Shown: positions 54,591 through 64,000 of the stretch, piece after piece | Layout of the letters: every line of letters begins with the position of its first letter | Position numbering within the stretch: the stretch's first letter is position 1 | Assembly: GCA_000165345.1 (NCBI GenBank) | Contig: CM000433.1 | Span: forward strand, 704,001-768,000 | Direction: 5' to 3' | DNA length: 64,000 nucleotides | Notes under the pieces: generated by a model | Database searches by the model: none | What the model was told of the DNA's origin: nothing | The model's input: only the letters and a program-made list of their open reading frames with translations | Made by a program: the position numbers and the translations under genes

Positions 54591-55001
54591 ATGAATTCAA
54601 AGATAGAGAGTTTGAACAATTTAGATACTGAAGTTGTTCTATTATCTACTGGAAAGAAGGTTGAAGTTCAAAAAACAAAAGTGAAAAATGAACAAGAAGA
54701 GGATTCTTTTGATGATAAAGAAACTTTTGAGAGAATCCGTAATGTTGGAAGCTGTAGTTCAGCAGCAGGGAGTAATTTTTTTCACTCTTATAGAAAAATA
54801 AAACAAATAGAAGAAGAACGGCTAAACAAAATGGAAGAGGAATATTTAGAGGAGAAGGAAAAAAGGGAATTTAGCATGCAAAGAGAATCAAGAATAATGA
54901 GGTATATTGAATCCACAAGTAAGAAATCTGAAAAGAGAAAGAAAAAAAAGATGCAAAAGGTTTTAAAAAAGCAAAAAAATCTAAATAATAAAAATGAATA
55001 A
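54591..55001 (+). CDS. PRKRIP1-like (DUF1168) small basic protein, 136 aa
   Basis: Verified ATG. GSCSSAAGSNFFHSYRKIKQIEEERL matches the PRKRIP1 signature GSSAGAGSGEFHVYR. Lys/Glu-rich C-terminus. Confidence 0.55.
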   Translation: MNSKIESLNNLDTEVVLLSTGKKVEVQKTKVKNEQEEDSFDDKETFERIRNVGSCSSAAGSNFFHSYRKIKQIEEERLNKMEEEYLEEKEKREFSMQRESRIMRYIESTSKKSEKRKKKKMQKVLKKQKNLNNKNE

Positions 55002-55059
55002 AGTATATTTATGTTTATTTTTCCTTATAATTTTAAGATCATTATAATTTAATTATATA

Positions 55060-55761
55060 TTAGGTTGTTGTTACAATTCTAAGTTTTGCTTGTTTTATAA
55101 GTTCATTTTGAATATTCACATCTTTAATCATTTCTTTGTATTTGTCAATATATTTGTTTAAGTTATATCTTGGAGTAATGTGAGAAAGATCAGGAGGGAC
55201 TGCCAAAGAAATAGGTAAATCAGGAAATATTTCAAGAATATTTTTGTCATTCTTAAATCTTTTGCTTTTTTTAGCCATTAATGTGTCATTTTCTGATTCT
55301 TCTGTTAAATCCTTGGCCGTTTCAATATTATATTCTGTCATTTCATCATTTATACCATCAAAACTGTTATTTCTCTTCTTTTCATTTATTTCACTTGAGT
55401 CTCTATCATTCATCATTAAAATACATTCCTCCTTAAAGTATCTCTTCTGCTCCTCTAATCTTTGTTGTTTTACAGAATCTGGAGCCAATTCACTTACAGG
55501 ACATGTTACAAATTCTCTAACAGACATTTCTCCTGCTAATATTCTTCGTCTCAAATCTAAGTTGTTAGGACGTTTTAAATTACTCATCAATTCAAACCTC
55601 CTCTGGCGAATTATTCTACTATCTTTACCTGCCATTACTTTTAGAAAGTCTTCTTCTATACTTTTGCTCAATGAGTATATATCCACATTCTTAAATGTCT
55701 TATTTTCCACCAAGCCTTGCTCAAGAGCATTCCTTAATTCCGTCTGCATAGAACCTTCCAT
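55060..55761 (-). CDS. TFIIS central-domain (TFS2M) containing protein, 233 aa
   Basis: Verified ATG. RRRILAGEMSVREFVTCPVSELAPDSVKQQRLEEQ resembles the TFIIS domain-II consensus. No C-terminal zinc ribbon. Confidence 0.5.
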   Translation of the reverse strand: MEGSMQTELRNALEQGLVENKTFKNVDIYSLSKSIEEDFLKVMAGKDSRIIRQRRFELMSNLKRPNNLDLRRRILAGEMSVREFVTCPVSELAPDSVKQQRLEEQKRYFKEECILMMNDRDSSEINEKKRNNSFDGINDEMTEYNIETAKDLTEESENDTLMAKKSKRFKNDKNILEIFPDLPISLAVPPDLSHITPRYNLNKYIDKYKEMIKDVNIQNELIKQAKLRIVTTT

Positions 55762-56017
55762 GTTTTCTTGTTTTTACCCTTGCCTTTTATTCAACCAGTT
55801 TAGTTTACCCTAGCTCAATTTACCATACACAATTCAGAACAAACACCCCTCTTAAAGCAATTATTAACAAGAATTAACTATAAAATCAGGATTCAAAAGA
55901 TTCTTCTAAATTTCTAACAACAATTTAATTTATCTAAAATTACAAAATGAAAACAACATTTCGTCAATTTTATTTGAAATTTTTTCTAGAAAAAATTGAA
56001 ATATTCAAAAAATCGAT

Positions 56018-56030
56018 ATGGCGCCAAAAT
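56018..56030. promoter_or_regulatory. E2F-like TGGCGCCA motif (atggcgccaaaat), ~260 bp upstream of the TFIIS-like gene
   Basis: Direct sequence. Confidence 0.4.
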
Positions 56031-56596
56031 ACTCGTGAACTTGTAGTTTAGCTCTATTGGAACTTCTTGTTAATTCTATTGATAAAAAAAAAATCACTGA
56101 AAAAAGAACCTGCTCGGTCAATTAATTCAGTTTTCATATAGAAAAGGTTTAGACCACAAAAAAAAAGCAAAAAAAAAAGTTATTTAATGCTATAATTAGT
56201 ATTTTTCTAAAATTTTAAACATCTATACAATATTCGAAATCCTGTTAGTTTAGTCGAGTGCTAATAATTAAAATGGGAATTTTAGTATTTCGTATATTTC
56301 AGAAATCCCTAATCTAATTCAATCGAAAAATCCGGTTTTTTTGCCAAAGATGAATCGTTTTCCCTTCCACCATTCAAAATAAAAATAAACGCTATACAGA
56401 GCATTGGGGAAACTGCAAAAATAAGCTTTAACACGGTAAAAAGTATCCAGATCATCCTCTCACTCACACATAAAAAAGTATTAAATAGTTGTCTTCTTTT
56501 TTTCACCACAAATTTCCTCACTATAAGTAAAATCTTATTTAATATATTCACTGATTTCTTATTCCCTTACGTAAATTAGCCAAAGTAAAATGTCAT

Positions 56597-56628
56597 TTTG
56601 GCGCCATATCAAAGTTGGGCGCCAACCT
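56597..56628. promoter_or_regulatory. Two adjacent E2F-like motifs (ttttggcgccatat ... ttgggcgccaacc)
   Basis: Direct sequence, between the PHD-gene 3' end and the TFIIS-like gene. Confidence 0.35.
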
Positions 56629-56831
56629 CAATTTTGTATAAATAAGTGGAAGAACAATCAGAAAATAACGACTGCAAAGAAACAAAGTCGAGCAGTGATC
56701 ATTTTTAAATAATTAATTAAAAATATTCTAATAAAAGTCTAAAATGGTCAAAAAGAAACCATTTCATGAAAATTAAGTGATACAAATGCCAAAAATAAAG
56801 GCATTATATGAATTGTAGACTGGTTTAAATA

Positions 56832-59800
56832 CTAAAAGTATAAATTGTGTTCAGACTGTGGATTTACAGTATGTGATAGCTTTTCTTGATCATGAACTTG
56901 TTCAGTAGCGTTTGCATTGGCTGGAATAAATGCATTATTCATATTATTGTTATTGTAGCTAATAGTAGAGGAAGGAGTAGCAACCAATGTTTGAGCTGCC
57001 AAATCTGAACTGTTATGATCAATGCTGGAATTAAAAGTAATGGATGACATGTTATTTGTATTCATTTTAGTAATAGTAGTAGTAGTCGTAGTTGTTGTTG
57101 TGTTAACTGGGACTCCGAAATTTTCTACTGAAGAATTAATATTGGAGTGACTAGGAACAGGTTCTATAACTCCTTGATTAAAATGATGTTGGGATGGTGG
57201 TTTTGACTTGATTAAAGGAAGAGGAGTATCACTTGCCATCAGTTCTTCAGCTGTGACTCCATATTGTTTAAGTTGACGAGTAAGACTTCTTAAAGCTTTT
57301 CTTCTGTGGTCCATTACTGGTGGAGGATAAATAATGAATTCCGCAAGCCTCCTTCTAAAGCAATCATGCCTATGCTGCTTAATGCAAAAAGATCTAATCG
57401 TTGGAACACCAGTAGTTAATGTGGAAGCTTGAGATGGATCTCCATTTGATTGGAATTGAGAACCGTTTTCTGTTATGTTCATTTGCCCGTTATTAGATTC
57501 AGAGTTATTGTTATATCCTGTAGTCATAAGGCTCATAGCTAATCTTGACGAACTACCTATAGCTCTTAAACAGTTCAAAGCACTTTCCTTAAGTTCAGCA
57601 TCTGTTAGTCTAGAGAAAGGGATTGCTGGACTTCTATTTGGAGGTGGTCTCTTCTTTACAACTATTCCTGAAGCCACTAATTCTTTCTTATAAATTTCTC
57701 TCTGTTTTCTAGCCTCTTTAATTGCATCTTCTAGAGAAGGAACCTCTGTAGCTTCTCCCGATGATCTTGTTCTTTTAAGGTTTGTAGCTTTAATAGAAGC
57801 ACCAGAAGATGAACAAGGAGTTGTTTGATTGTATTGTAAGACAGAATTGGATTGTTGTTGAACCTTTTTTGGTGACTTATAATTACCTGAAATAAATGAT
57901 TCACCTTGAGAAATTAAAGGCTTTATTAGAATTCCATTCTTAGGGTTATCCTTGAATTTGTTTATTGTCCCATTTCTTATCTTAACAGACTCTTGTAGAA
58001 TCCCTCTTGAATAGTAATCCCAATAAATCCTTAAAGCATTGATATTTCTTATCATTAGAGGTGAGAAAATCGGATTTTCTTTATTCATTATATCCAATTG
58101 TGTTGTGAAAAGCTGTCTTTTAAGTCTCTCAGAATGACCAAGATCTCCTAAGATTTTACTTACAATCTTCAAAGATGATAAAGTTGAATGTAATAACTTT
58201 CCACCAGGATTTAACTTTCCCATTTGTTTCCCATGTTCTGGGCAAAAAACTTTCTGAGAAAAATAGTTCTCTCTTATTTCTGACCCTCTTATTGTACTAT
58301 TATCCAAATTTGGAGGTTGACAATTTGGAGAAACATACAATACATTAGAAGTTCCTCCATTAGATTGATTCCTATATAATCCTTGGCTTCCTGAAATTGA
58401 ACTATCTAAAAGCATATCATTCATTTGTATAGGTTCATCTATTTCAGCAATTGTTTCCATATAACATCCATATAACTTCAAACAAAGAGGATGAGCTGTT
58501 CTTGTACAACCAGGATGATTACAGGCCAAATTTACTCCATAACTGCTTTTACATATACAACAATATACGCTTGGAATCTCTAAAGTGTCTTGATCTGAAA
58601 ATTGCTCCAAGATGAACTGTTCCTCGTTTCTTATATCTCTAAAAGGAAATTGTTGTACAGATCCTTCAATACCTCCAAATCTTCTCACAAATGTTCCCTT
58701 ATTTTTACTTATAGTTCCATCCTTTTGTAATTTAACCAAAGATGTCATTCCTAAGTAATTTGCTGCTCCATAGACTTGTCCACATGCAAGCCTATAGATT
58801 CCTGGAGTATACAAGGAGCAGATAATATGTACAAATTGAGTTCTTTCTCCTGGTCTTCCAATGTGGTTTTGAGGTATTCCCTGAGCCTCAATAAGTGCAC
58901 CTCCTCGTCTTGGACATAGAATACAGGATGTGTTTTCGGGTCTAACTCCTTTAATACAAGCCTGACATACAAAGTCATTAATGCTTTCCATTTTCTCTCC
59001 TAAACCATAGCAACTCCAATGTACAGTTAATCCACAGCATTTACAGCTCACTAATATATTAGAAGCAAGTATTTCTTCTTCTTCTTCCCCTTCATTATCA
59101 GATATAGTTCTCTCTGGTAAAATAATGCTAAAGTTAGAATCATGACATTCCTCTCCAGAGCTTGATATCCGTACTATACCATTATTAGTATCCAAAGGAA
59201 CTTTTCTTTTCGAAGGAAAATCTGTTGAGTCATATTTAAGACAGACACTACAAATATCTCTATCATATTTATCAGGGTTCAGAGCATTGCAATAATATAC
59301 TTGGTTTTGTTTAAAGATCTCGCATGAACTCTTTTTGGTCATGTTTGGACTTGTAACATCCCAAGACTTGGATCTAGAAATAGATCTAGTTCTAGATCGT
59401 TGAATAACTCCAATTTGTGAGCTTCTACTAGATTTTTGATTATACTTGCTACTAAATAAATCAGGGAACATATCTCTATTAATGTATCTTTTCTTACGTA
59501 GATTCACCTCTTCATCAAGATTTCTGGTGATATTGCCATTGTTCCTGATATGAGACAAACAAAAGCAACGTATATTAACAAGTTGTAGAGCCTCATCCTG
59601 AACATTTCTCCATCCTTGAATGTATCCAACCAAAGTTTCTCCTCTGGAATAACATGGATCACAGTCAACCTCAATTTGTACTCCGTTAAGCCATGCACAA
59701 ATTGGATGGAAAAGTTGTATACAATTCTCATGATCACATTTAACAAGTCCAAAAGTATTGTCATTTCTACAAAAGACGCATCTTGGAGAACTATTGTTAA

Positions 59801-62800
59801 GAGTTTCATGATCCATATCTAAGATGGGTTGAGGTCCAGTAGAGCTATTTTCAAAGGATTCTTCCTGAGGTAGAGATAGATTCTGATTTTGATTCTGAAT
59901 TGGAGTCAAATTTCTTCCCTCATCTTCAATAGTGCCAGAATCTGAGTTAATTGACTCGAGTTTTAATAGTTTGCCTGAATCTGTATGATTCGAAAATACC
60001 GAAGAAGTGGATCTTTGTCCAAAGTCAGGAACTCCTGAAGCTCCAGTCCCTGCTCCTGCTCCTGTTCCTATTCCTGCTCCTATTCCTGTTCCTGTTCCCA
60101 TCCCAGTTCCTATTCCTGTCCCTGAAATATCAATACTAGAGCTAGATGTACCATTTTTACCGAGACTAAGTGCATGAGATGAATTGTTTTCCTTTCCTAT
60201 TCTTTTGTTTGTCCAACTCCTTTTAACTCTATCGACATTCCAGTTACTCAGATTCTTCCAATCTTCGCATGTAACCAATGGTAAGTGCCAAATAGCACAT
60301 ACAAGATGGACCCAAATTCCATCCTTATTGGTTCTTTTCATTGCTCCTCCTGAATGAGAACATAAGACACAAGAAATACTTCCTGGATTGAAAGCTATAA
60401 GATACTGGGTACCTAGAAATTTCTTCTCAAATTCACATCGATCACAAAGCCAACCATAAAAGTCAAGAAGTTCATTTAGTGGAATATTGACTCCATAACA
60501 GGCTACATGAGAAACTACTCCACATCTTACACATTCAACAAATGGTTTTAAAGTATCAGTTTCCCAGTTAAAACAGATGGAACAGACATTTGTTAAGTGC
60601 ATATTCTTTTCTTTAGACTCTAATAAAGCATCAAATTTGGATAATTTGGTCTTCTTTTCATCCTTAGGTTTTATCTCAAGATCTTTATTTTGATCTTGAT
60701 CTGATTCCATCTTTTTAGATGCATCAGCTTGTCTAAGAAATGCTGGATATAAGTCCTTATAACCATTAACCAGGAAAAACTTTAATTTGTTCCAAGAATT
60801 AACAATTTGGTATCTTTGTACCACATTCATCCAAATGAAAGGGATATCAGTAATTCTAACATTATTTTCGTTTTCATATATAATTCTGTTCTGGATCTTC
60901 AATCTAAGATTAGCAATAGAGTCAATAATTTCATTATATATTGGGAGAAATCTTTCCAGATTTGCTTCAACAAAATTAAAATCTTTATGATCAACAAAAT
61001 CATTCATCATATATGGATGAATAAAAAGTGTATCAGATTCTTGTTTAAGGTCTTCTTGATGGACAGAATCAGTATCTTCCATATTTTTCTTTTCTTCTTC
61101 TAAACTTTGTGCATTAATGTTGAATCTGTCCTTATCTTTAACTTCCCTAGTAAGTTTTATTGGCTTATAAGGATCTAACCAATATAACCCTCCTAATTCA
61201 ACACAACTGGGAGCATCTATATAACTCAAACCATTCTTATGAAGGTAAACCTTTTGGTCAGAATATGTTGAAATATAAGGATTTACTGATGGTAGGACAA
61301 AATCAACCCACCAGTAAATAGGATCATAACTTCTGTAAGTTCCCCATACATCTTCCCTATATAAGGGAGTCTCTAATGTATTCTGATTCTGTAATGAAGG
61401 ACTTGATCCTATAATTGTTCCTATTACTGGAGTTAAAGAGTTGTTAATATTATTGGTATTAATATTTGTGTTAGTTGTTTCAGATAAATTTGTTTCACAA
61501 GGATTATTCATAATATTGAACTCATCAATAAGATTTTCAAGATCAATTTGGCCATTATTAGTTGGTTGTTGAATTAAAAACATATTATTGTCGATTTCTT
61601 CTTGAACGGTATTTTGAGATTTTATTTGATTAGATACATTTAAGTTAACTAATGAATTAAGTTCATTCAAGTTACTCTTTATCTTCTCAAATATGTTAAC
61701 TGTATACAAATCTTGTTTATTGTTGATTTTAGCAGGAGTAAAGAATACCTTCTTGTGGCTTTGATCATAGTTAAAGAACACATCATGAAGATATCTCTCG
61801 ATATACTTGAATTGATAATAAGACAGATCAAGAGTTTGGAGAATATCCCATTTAACATTAAAATGATCCAGAATATCAGGAACTTGAAGTTTTTGATTCT
61901 GAATATCGGTTTTAGAAATATGAGAAAATGTGTGTGGTTCTTGACTTTGCTGAATATGAAGATTCGTATTTGCTGAATTTATTTCTGGGAAAGCATTTTT
62001 AGGAAATATGTGATGATCATGGGTAACGGAATCTGTTTCAAGATAATCATCTTCTGAAATACCAAGTTCTAATGGCGATTTTGGCTCCAAAGCAACTAAA
62101 GAAAGAGTTCTAGGGAGCTTAAATAAAAGAAAATAAGGTTTCTGAATTTCTAGAGGCATCTTTGATAGATTACCACCTCTACTCTTGAGAATTGATTTGG
62201 AAACAAGGTCAACAATAGCATCCAAACTACAACTTTTCATATATATTGGTGGTAATGAAAGGCTTGCCTTGTTAACATAGGGGCTAGCTCTCCCTATCTT
62301 TCCCCATGGGGGATCTGTAAAAAGAGTCTGTTCAAGAGTAGTCAACTCTTGGATGATTGGTTTTCTTTGTACTGGATTCGATGGAATAGTTTTTAAAATA
62401 ATATCCTTTTTAGCTCCCATTGGAATCTTTCTAAAAAAGGAGTCAAACCTGCTCCAACCAATTTTAGCCATTCTTGAAGATCCACCTGTAGAAGTTGGAG
62501 TATTTGTAGAGTTTTCGTTAATTAATGTTACAGAGGTTATATCCATATCCAGTTCACTCACAGAATACGTGTCCTTTCCTATTCTATTATCTAAGTTTCG
62601 TGCTTGTGAGCCAATTTTATCACCATCCTTGTCAAGAGAGGTTGATTCAATCTTGTATTTTGACTTATTCTTATGTCGGCCTCTCTTCGATTTACGTAAA
62701 ACTTTCTTATTTTTTCGTTTCACAGAAGAATTGGATGTAACCTGAGCAGAATTATTGAGACTATTCTTTGAATCATTAATAGTAGTAACAGCAACAGTAG

Positions 62801-63086
62801 TAGCTGTTTCATGTTCCTGAATATGAGTAGAATTTCCATCCGTCTGAATGTGAGACTGTTTGACCCCTGTGTCAGCAGTGACATACTTATTCCCTGTATC
62901 CTGATTAGCATCAGAATCCAAAAAAACCACCTTTTCTCCACTCTTTCTCATAGATCTAGTCACTCTCCGCTCTTCTGAGTCATTTTCTTTGTGATTAATT
63001 TCCAAGCCAGCTGCTTCCTTCTCCAAGTTTAAAGCTTGGATTCCAGATTTACTGTTTCTGCTAGGCTTTTGGTCCCTGGTTTTCAT
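56832..63086 (-). CDS. Large chromatin protein with two PHD-Zn knuckle-ePHD (PZP) modules, ~2084 aa from the first ATG
   Basis: The ORF-track M1 at 63113 is a TTG; the first ATG is at 63084-63086 (MKTRDQKPSRNS...). PZP module 1: CSICFNWETDTLKPFVECVRCGVVSHVACYG...WLCDRCEF; CVLCSHSGGAMKRTNKDGIWVHLVCAIW; CVFCRNDNTFGLVKCDHENCIQLFHPICAW. PZP module 2: CKCCGLTVHWSCYG, CQACIKG...CILCPRRGGALIEA, FVHIICSLYTPG, CCICKSSYGVNLACNHPGCTRTAHPLC. Also contains a Gly-Thr/Gly-Ile/Gly-Ala repeat and a poly-Thr run. Confidence 0.85.
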   Translation of the reverse strand: MKTRDQKPSRNSKSGIQALNLEKEAAGLEINHKENDSEERRVTRSMRKSGEKVVFLDSDANQDTGNKYVTADTGVKQSHIQTDGNSTHIQEHETATTVAVTTINDSKNSLNNSAQVTSNSSVKRKNKKVLRKSKRGRHKNKSKYKIESTSLDKDGDKIGSQARNLDNRIGKDTYSVSELDMDITSVTLINENSTNTPTSTGGSSRMAKIGWSRFDSFFRKIPMGAKKDIILKTIPSNPVQRKPIIQELTTLEQTLFTDPPWGKIGRASPYVNKASLSLPPIYMKSCSLDAIVDLVSKSILKSRGGNLSKMPLEIQKPYFLLFKLPRTLSLVALEPKSPLELGISEDDYLETDSVTHDHHIFPKNAFPEINSANTNLHIQQSQEPHTFSHISKTDIQNQKLQVPDILDHFNVKWDILQTLDLSYYQFKYIERYLHDVFFNYDQSHKKVFFTPAKINNKQDLYTVNIFEKIKSNLNELNSLVNLNVSNQIKSQNTVQEEIDNNMFLIQQPTNNGQIDLENLIDEFNIMNNPCETNLSETTNTNINTNNINNSLTPVIGTIIGSSPSLQNQNTLETPLYREDVWGTYRSYDPIYWWVDFVLPSVNPYISTYSDQKVYLHKNGLSYIDAPSCVELGGLYWLDPYKPIKLTREVKDKDRFNINAQSLEEEKKNMEDTDSVHQEDLKQESDTLFIHPYMMNDFVDHKDFNFVEANLERFLPIYNEIIDSIANLRLKIQNRIIYENENNVRITDIPFIWMNVVQRYQIVNSWNKLKFFLVNGYKDLYPAFLRQADASKKMESDQDQNKDLEIKPKDEKKTKLSKFDALLESKEKNMHLTNVCSICFNWETDTLKPFVECVRCGVVSHVACYGVNIPLNELLDFYGWLCDRCEFEKKFLGTQYLIAFNPGSISCVLCSHSGGAMKRTNKDGIWVHLVCAIWHLPLVTCEDWKNLSNWNVDRVKRSWTNKRIGKENNSSHALSLGKNGTSSSSIDISGTGIGTGMGTGTGIGAGIGTGAGAGTGASGVPDFGQRSTSSVFSNHTDSGKLLKLESINSDSGTIEDEGRNLTPIQNQNQNLSLPQEESFENSSTGPQPILDMDHETLNNSSPRCVFCRNDNTFGLVKCDHENCIQLFHPICAWLNGVQIEVDCDPCYSRGETLVGYIQGWRNVQDEALQLVNIRCFCLSHIRNNGNITRNLDEEVNLRKKRYINRDMFPDLFSSKYNQKSSRSSQIGVIQRSRTRSISRSKSWDVTSPNMTKKSSCEIFKQNQVYYCNALNPDKYDRDICSVCLKYDSTDFPSKRKVPLDTNNGIVRISSSGEECHDSNFSIILPERTISDNEGEEEEEILASNILVSCKCCGLTVHWSCYGLGEKMESINDFVCQACIKGVRPENTSCILCPRRGGALIEAQGIPQNHIGRPGERTQFVHIICSLYTPGIYRLACGQVYGAANYLGMTSLVKLQKDGTISKNKGTFVRRFGGIEGSVQQFPFRDIRNEEQFILEQFSDQDTLEIPSVYCCICKSSYGVNLACNHPGCTRTAHPLCLKLYGCYMETIAEIDEPIQMNDMLLDSSISGSQGLYRNQSNGGTSNVLYVSPNCQPPNLDNSTIRGSEIRENYFSQKVFCPEHGKQMGKLNPGGKLLHSTLSSLKIVSKILGDLGHSERLKRQLFTTQLDIMNKENPIFSPLMIRNINALRIYWDYYSRGILQESVKIRNGTINKFKDNPKNGILIKPLISQGESFISGNYKSPKKVQQQSNSVLQYNQTTPCSSSGASIKATNLKRTRSSGEATEVPSLEDAIKEARKQREIYKKELVASGIVVKKRPPPNRSPAIPFSRLTDAELKESALNCLRAIGSSSRLAMSLMTTGYNNNSESNNGQMNITENGSQFQSNGDPSQASTLTTGVPTIRSFCIKQHRHDCFRRRLAEFIIYPPPVMDHRRKALRSLTRQLKQYGVTAEELMASDTPLPLIKSKPPSQHHFNQGVIEPVPSHSNINSSVENFGVPVNTTTTTTTTTITKMNTNNMSSITFNSSIDHNSSDLAAQTLVATPSSTISYNNNNMNNAFIPANANATEQVHDQEKLSHTVNPQSEHNLYF
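60031..60124. repeat. Imperfect hexanucleotide microsatellite (CCTGYT-like) encoding a GTGIGTGMGTGTGIGAGIGTGAGAGTG repeat in the PHD protein
   Basis: ctccagtccctgctcctgctcctgttcctattcctgctcctattcctgttcctgttcccatcccagttcctattcctgtccctg. Confidence 0.8.
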
Positions 63087-63458
63087 TTTGAAACCTTTTT
63101 CAAGTCGTCTCAAACTAAACCTTTAGTTGTTATTTTTCTAATCCAACATCAATTTAAAGTAACTTTTTCATATTATCTGTTAATTTATTTATATATATTA
63201 ACCAAGTTTCTTTCAAAATATAAAGCTTTAAGTTTTCTTATAGTATTTCTTCCAAAACCTTTAGGCTATACCAATAATTCCGTCTATTGTACTAAAAGAA
63301 AGCTAAATTCCACAAAATCTGTAAATTTTCTACGTAAAATTCCGATTTTTATCAAATTTCTTTTTTCTGGATTATTTTTTCAATTTTTCCTGCCCTGACT
63401 TAATATATACCCGGTTACCGGTATTTAATTATTTAAATAAATATATCATGTCATAAAA

Positions 63459-63473
63459 TTTTGGCGGCAAAAT
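63459..63473. promoter_or_regulatory. E2F-like motif ttttggcggcaaaat, ~135 bp upstream of the 63605 ATG
   Basis: Direct sequence. Confidence 0.35.
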
Positions 63474-63604
63474 CACGGGAATAATAAAAAAAAAAAAAAA
63501 TCTAAAAAGCATAGCAAAAATTGTTCAAGGTTTGAAATTTAGAAAATTTGTATAGAAATTCTCTCCATAAAAAGAACCTTGAATTTTTCTGAAGATATAT
63601 TAAT

Positions 63605-63674
63605 ATGACAGAGAGTTTAGTGGGAATTTCTGGATCTTCCATGAGCTCACAGGAGGAAATTCTTGTGGTTGGAG
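63605..63674 (+). CDS. Exon 1 of a multi-intron gene running off the window end (hypothetical protein)
   Basis: ATG at 63605: MTESLVGISGSSMSSQEEILVVG, then G|GTAAGTCG donor at 63675. Confidence 0.45.
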
Positions 63675-63738
63675 GTAAGTCGTTTTTGACGTGTATTTAG
63701 ATTTAGGCTAACTTGACACCAATATTTTAATATTTAAG

Positions 63739-63929
63739 GGACTTATGATGGTGGAATAATTGGTTTAAGTTTGAGGCCTTATTCGAGTAAAAATAAGAAG
63801 TTTGAAAGTAAAAAGGTAGAACGTATAGAGGAGGATGCAAAGGATGATATGGATGAGGAACTTAATAAAGAAAAGAATAGTGGTGTTAACGGGATATTTG
63901 ATATGGTTTTTGCATTCAAGGCCCACATT
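63739..63929 (+). CDS. Exon 2 of the same gene
   Basis: Acceptor tatttaAG|GG at 63737-63738; intron 63675..63738 (64 nt). In frame: G TYDGGIIGLSLRPYSSKNKKFESKKVERIEEDAKDDMDEELNKEKNSGVNGIFDMVFAFKAHI, then ATT|GTAAGTTAG, a second perfect donor at 63930. A possible acceptor ttttaccAG lies at 63966-63967. Confidence 0.4.
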
Positions 63930-64000
63930 GTAAGTTAGATTTTCATAATATTTTTCATTTTTACCAGAATTTTCTCTTCATTTCATTAACTTATAGGCTA

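Noticed and set aside
56309-56551. 80-aa minus-strand ORF in the spacer downstream of the PHD gene
   Set aside because: Small hydrophobic ORF in AT-rich spacer with no motif. Most likely chance, though a tiny membrane protein cannot be excluded without expression data.
1-64000. Prokaryotic-style features (CRISPR arrays, IS elements, operons, RBS) and telomeric TTTAGG repeats
   Set aside because: None seen; the sequence is eukaryotic nuclear DNA with monocistronic genes on both strands.

Overview
AT-rich (~30% GC) eukaryotic nuclear DNA, most consistent with a Cryptosporidium-type apicomplexan. Support for that call: an intronless actin whose protein I recognise as Cryptosporidium-like; very long intron-free ORFs (4780, 2069, 2093 and 1258 aa); short AT-rich introns with GTAAGT donors; and promoter motifs of the E2F-like (GGCGGG/TGGCGCCA) and GCATGCA types. 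Gene content in window order: a midasin-like AAA ATPase (partial, minus strand); a convergent U5/U4 snRNA pair with a GC-rich island between them; a 2H-phosphoesterase-like ORF; a giant 4780-aa multi-pass membrane protein with EF-hands; and a 2069-aa protein in which a GT4 glycosyltransferase domain sits inside a degenerate GH13 branching-enzyme-like domain. Then a 4.3-kb gene-poor stretch with a C-rich tract, a partly N-masked block and tRNA-Asp(GTC); actin; histone H2B; a SAM-domain plus predicted pseudokinase gene with one intron; a long-chain acyl-CoA synthetase; a secreted coiled-coil protein; a proteasome beta subunit; Fe-superoxide dismutase; tRNA-Thr(AGT); a three-exon GT8 glycosyltransferase; a two-exon small-TIM (twin CX3C) gene absent from the ORF track; a 2xRRM protein; a PRKRIP1-like protein; a TFIIS-central-domain protein; a 2087-aa double PHD/ePHD (PZP) chromatin protein; and the 5' end of a multi-intron gene at the window edge. 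The ORF track uses alternative start codons (GTG/TTG), so several listed N-termini are artefacts and are corrected below. There are no prokaryotic features (CRISPR, IS elements, operons). Domain calls rest on by-eye motif recognition, and all coordinates derived from them are approximate.
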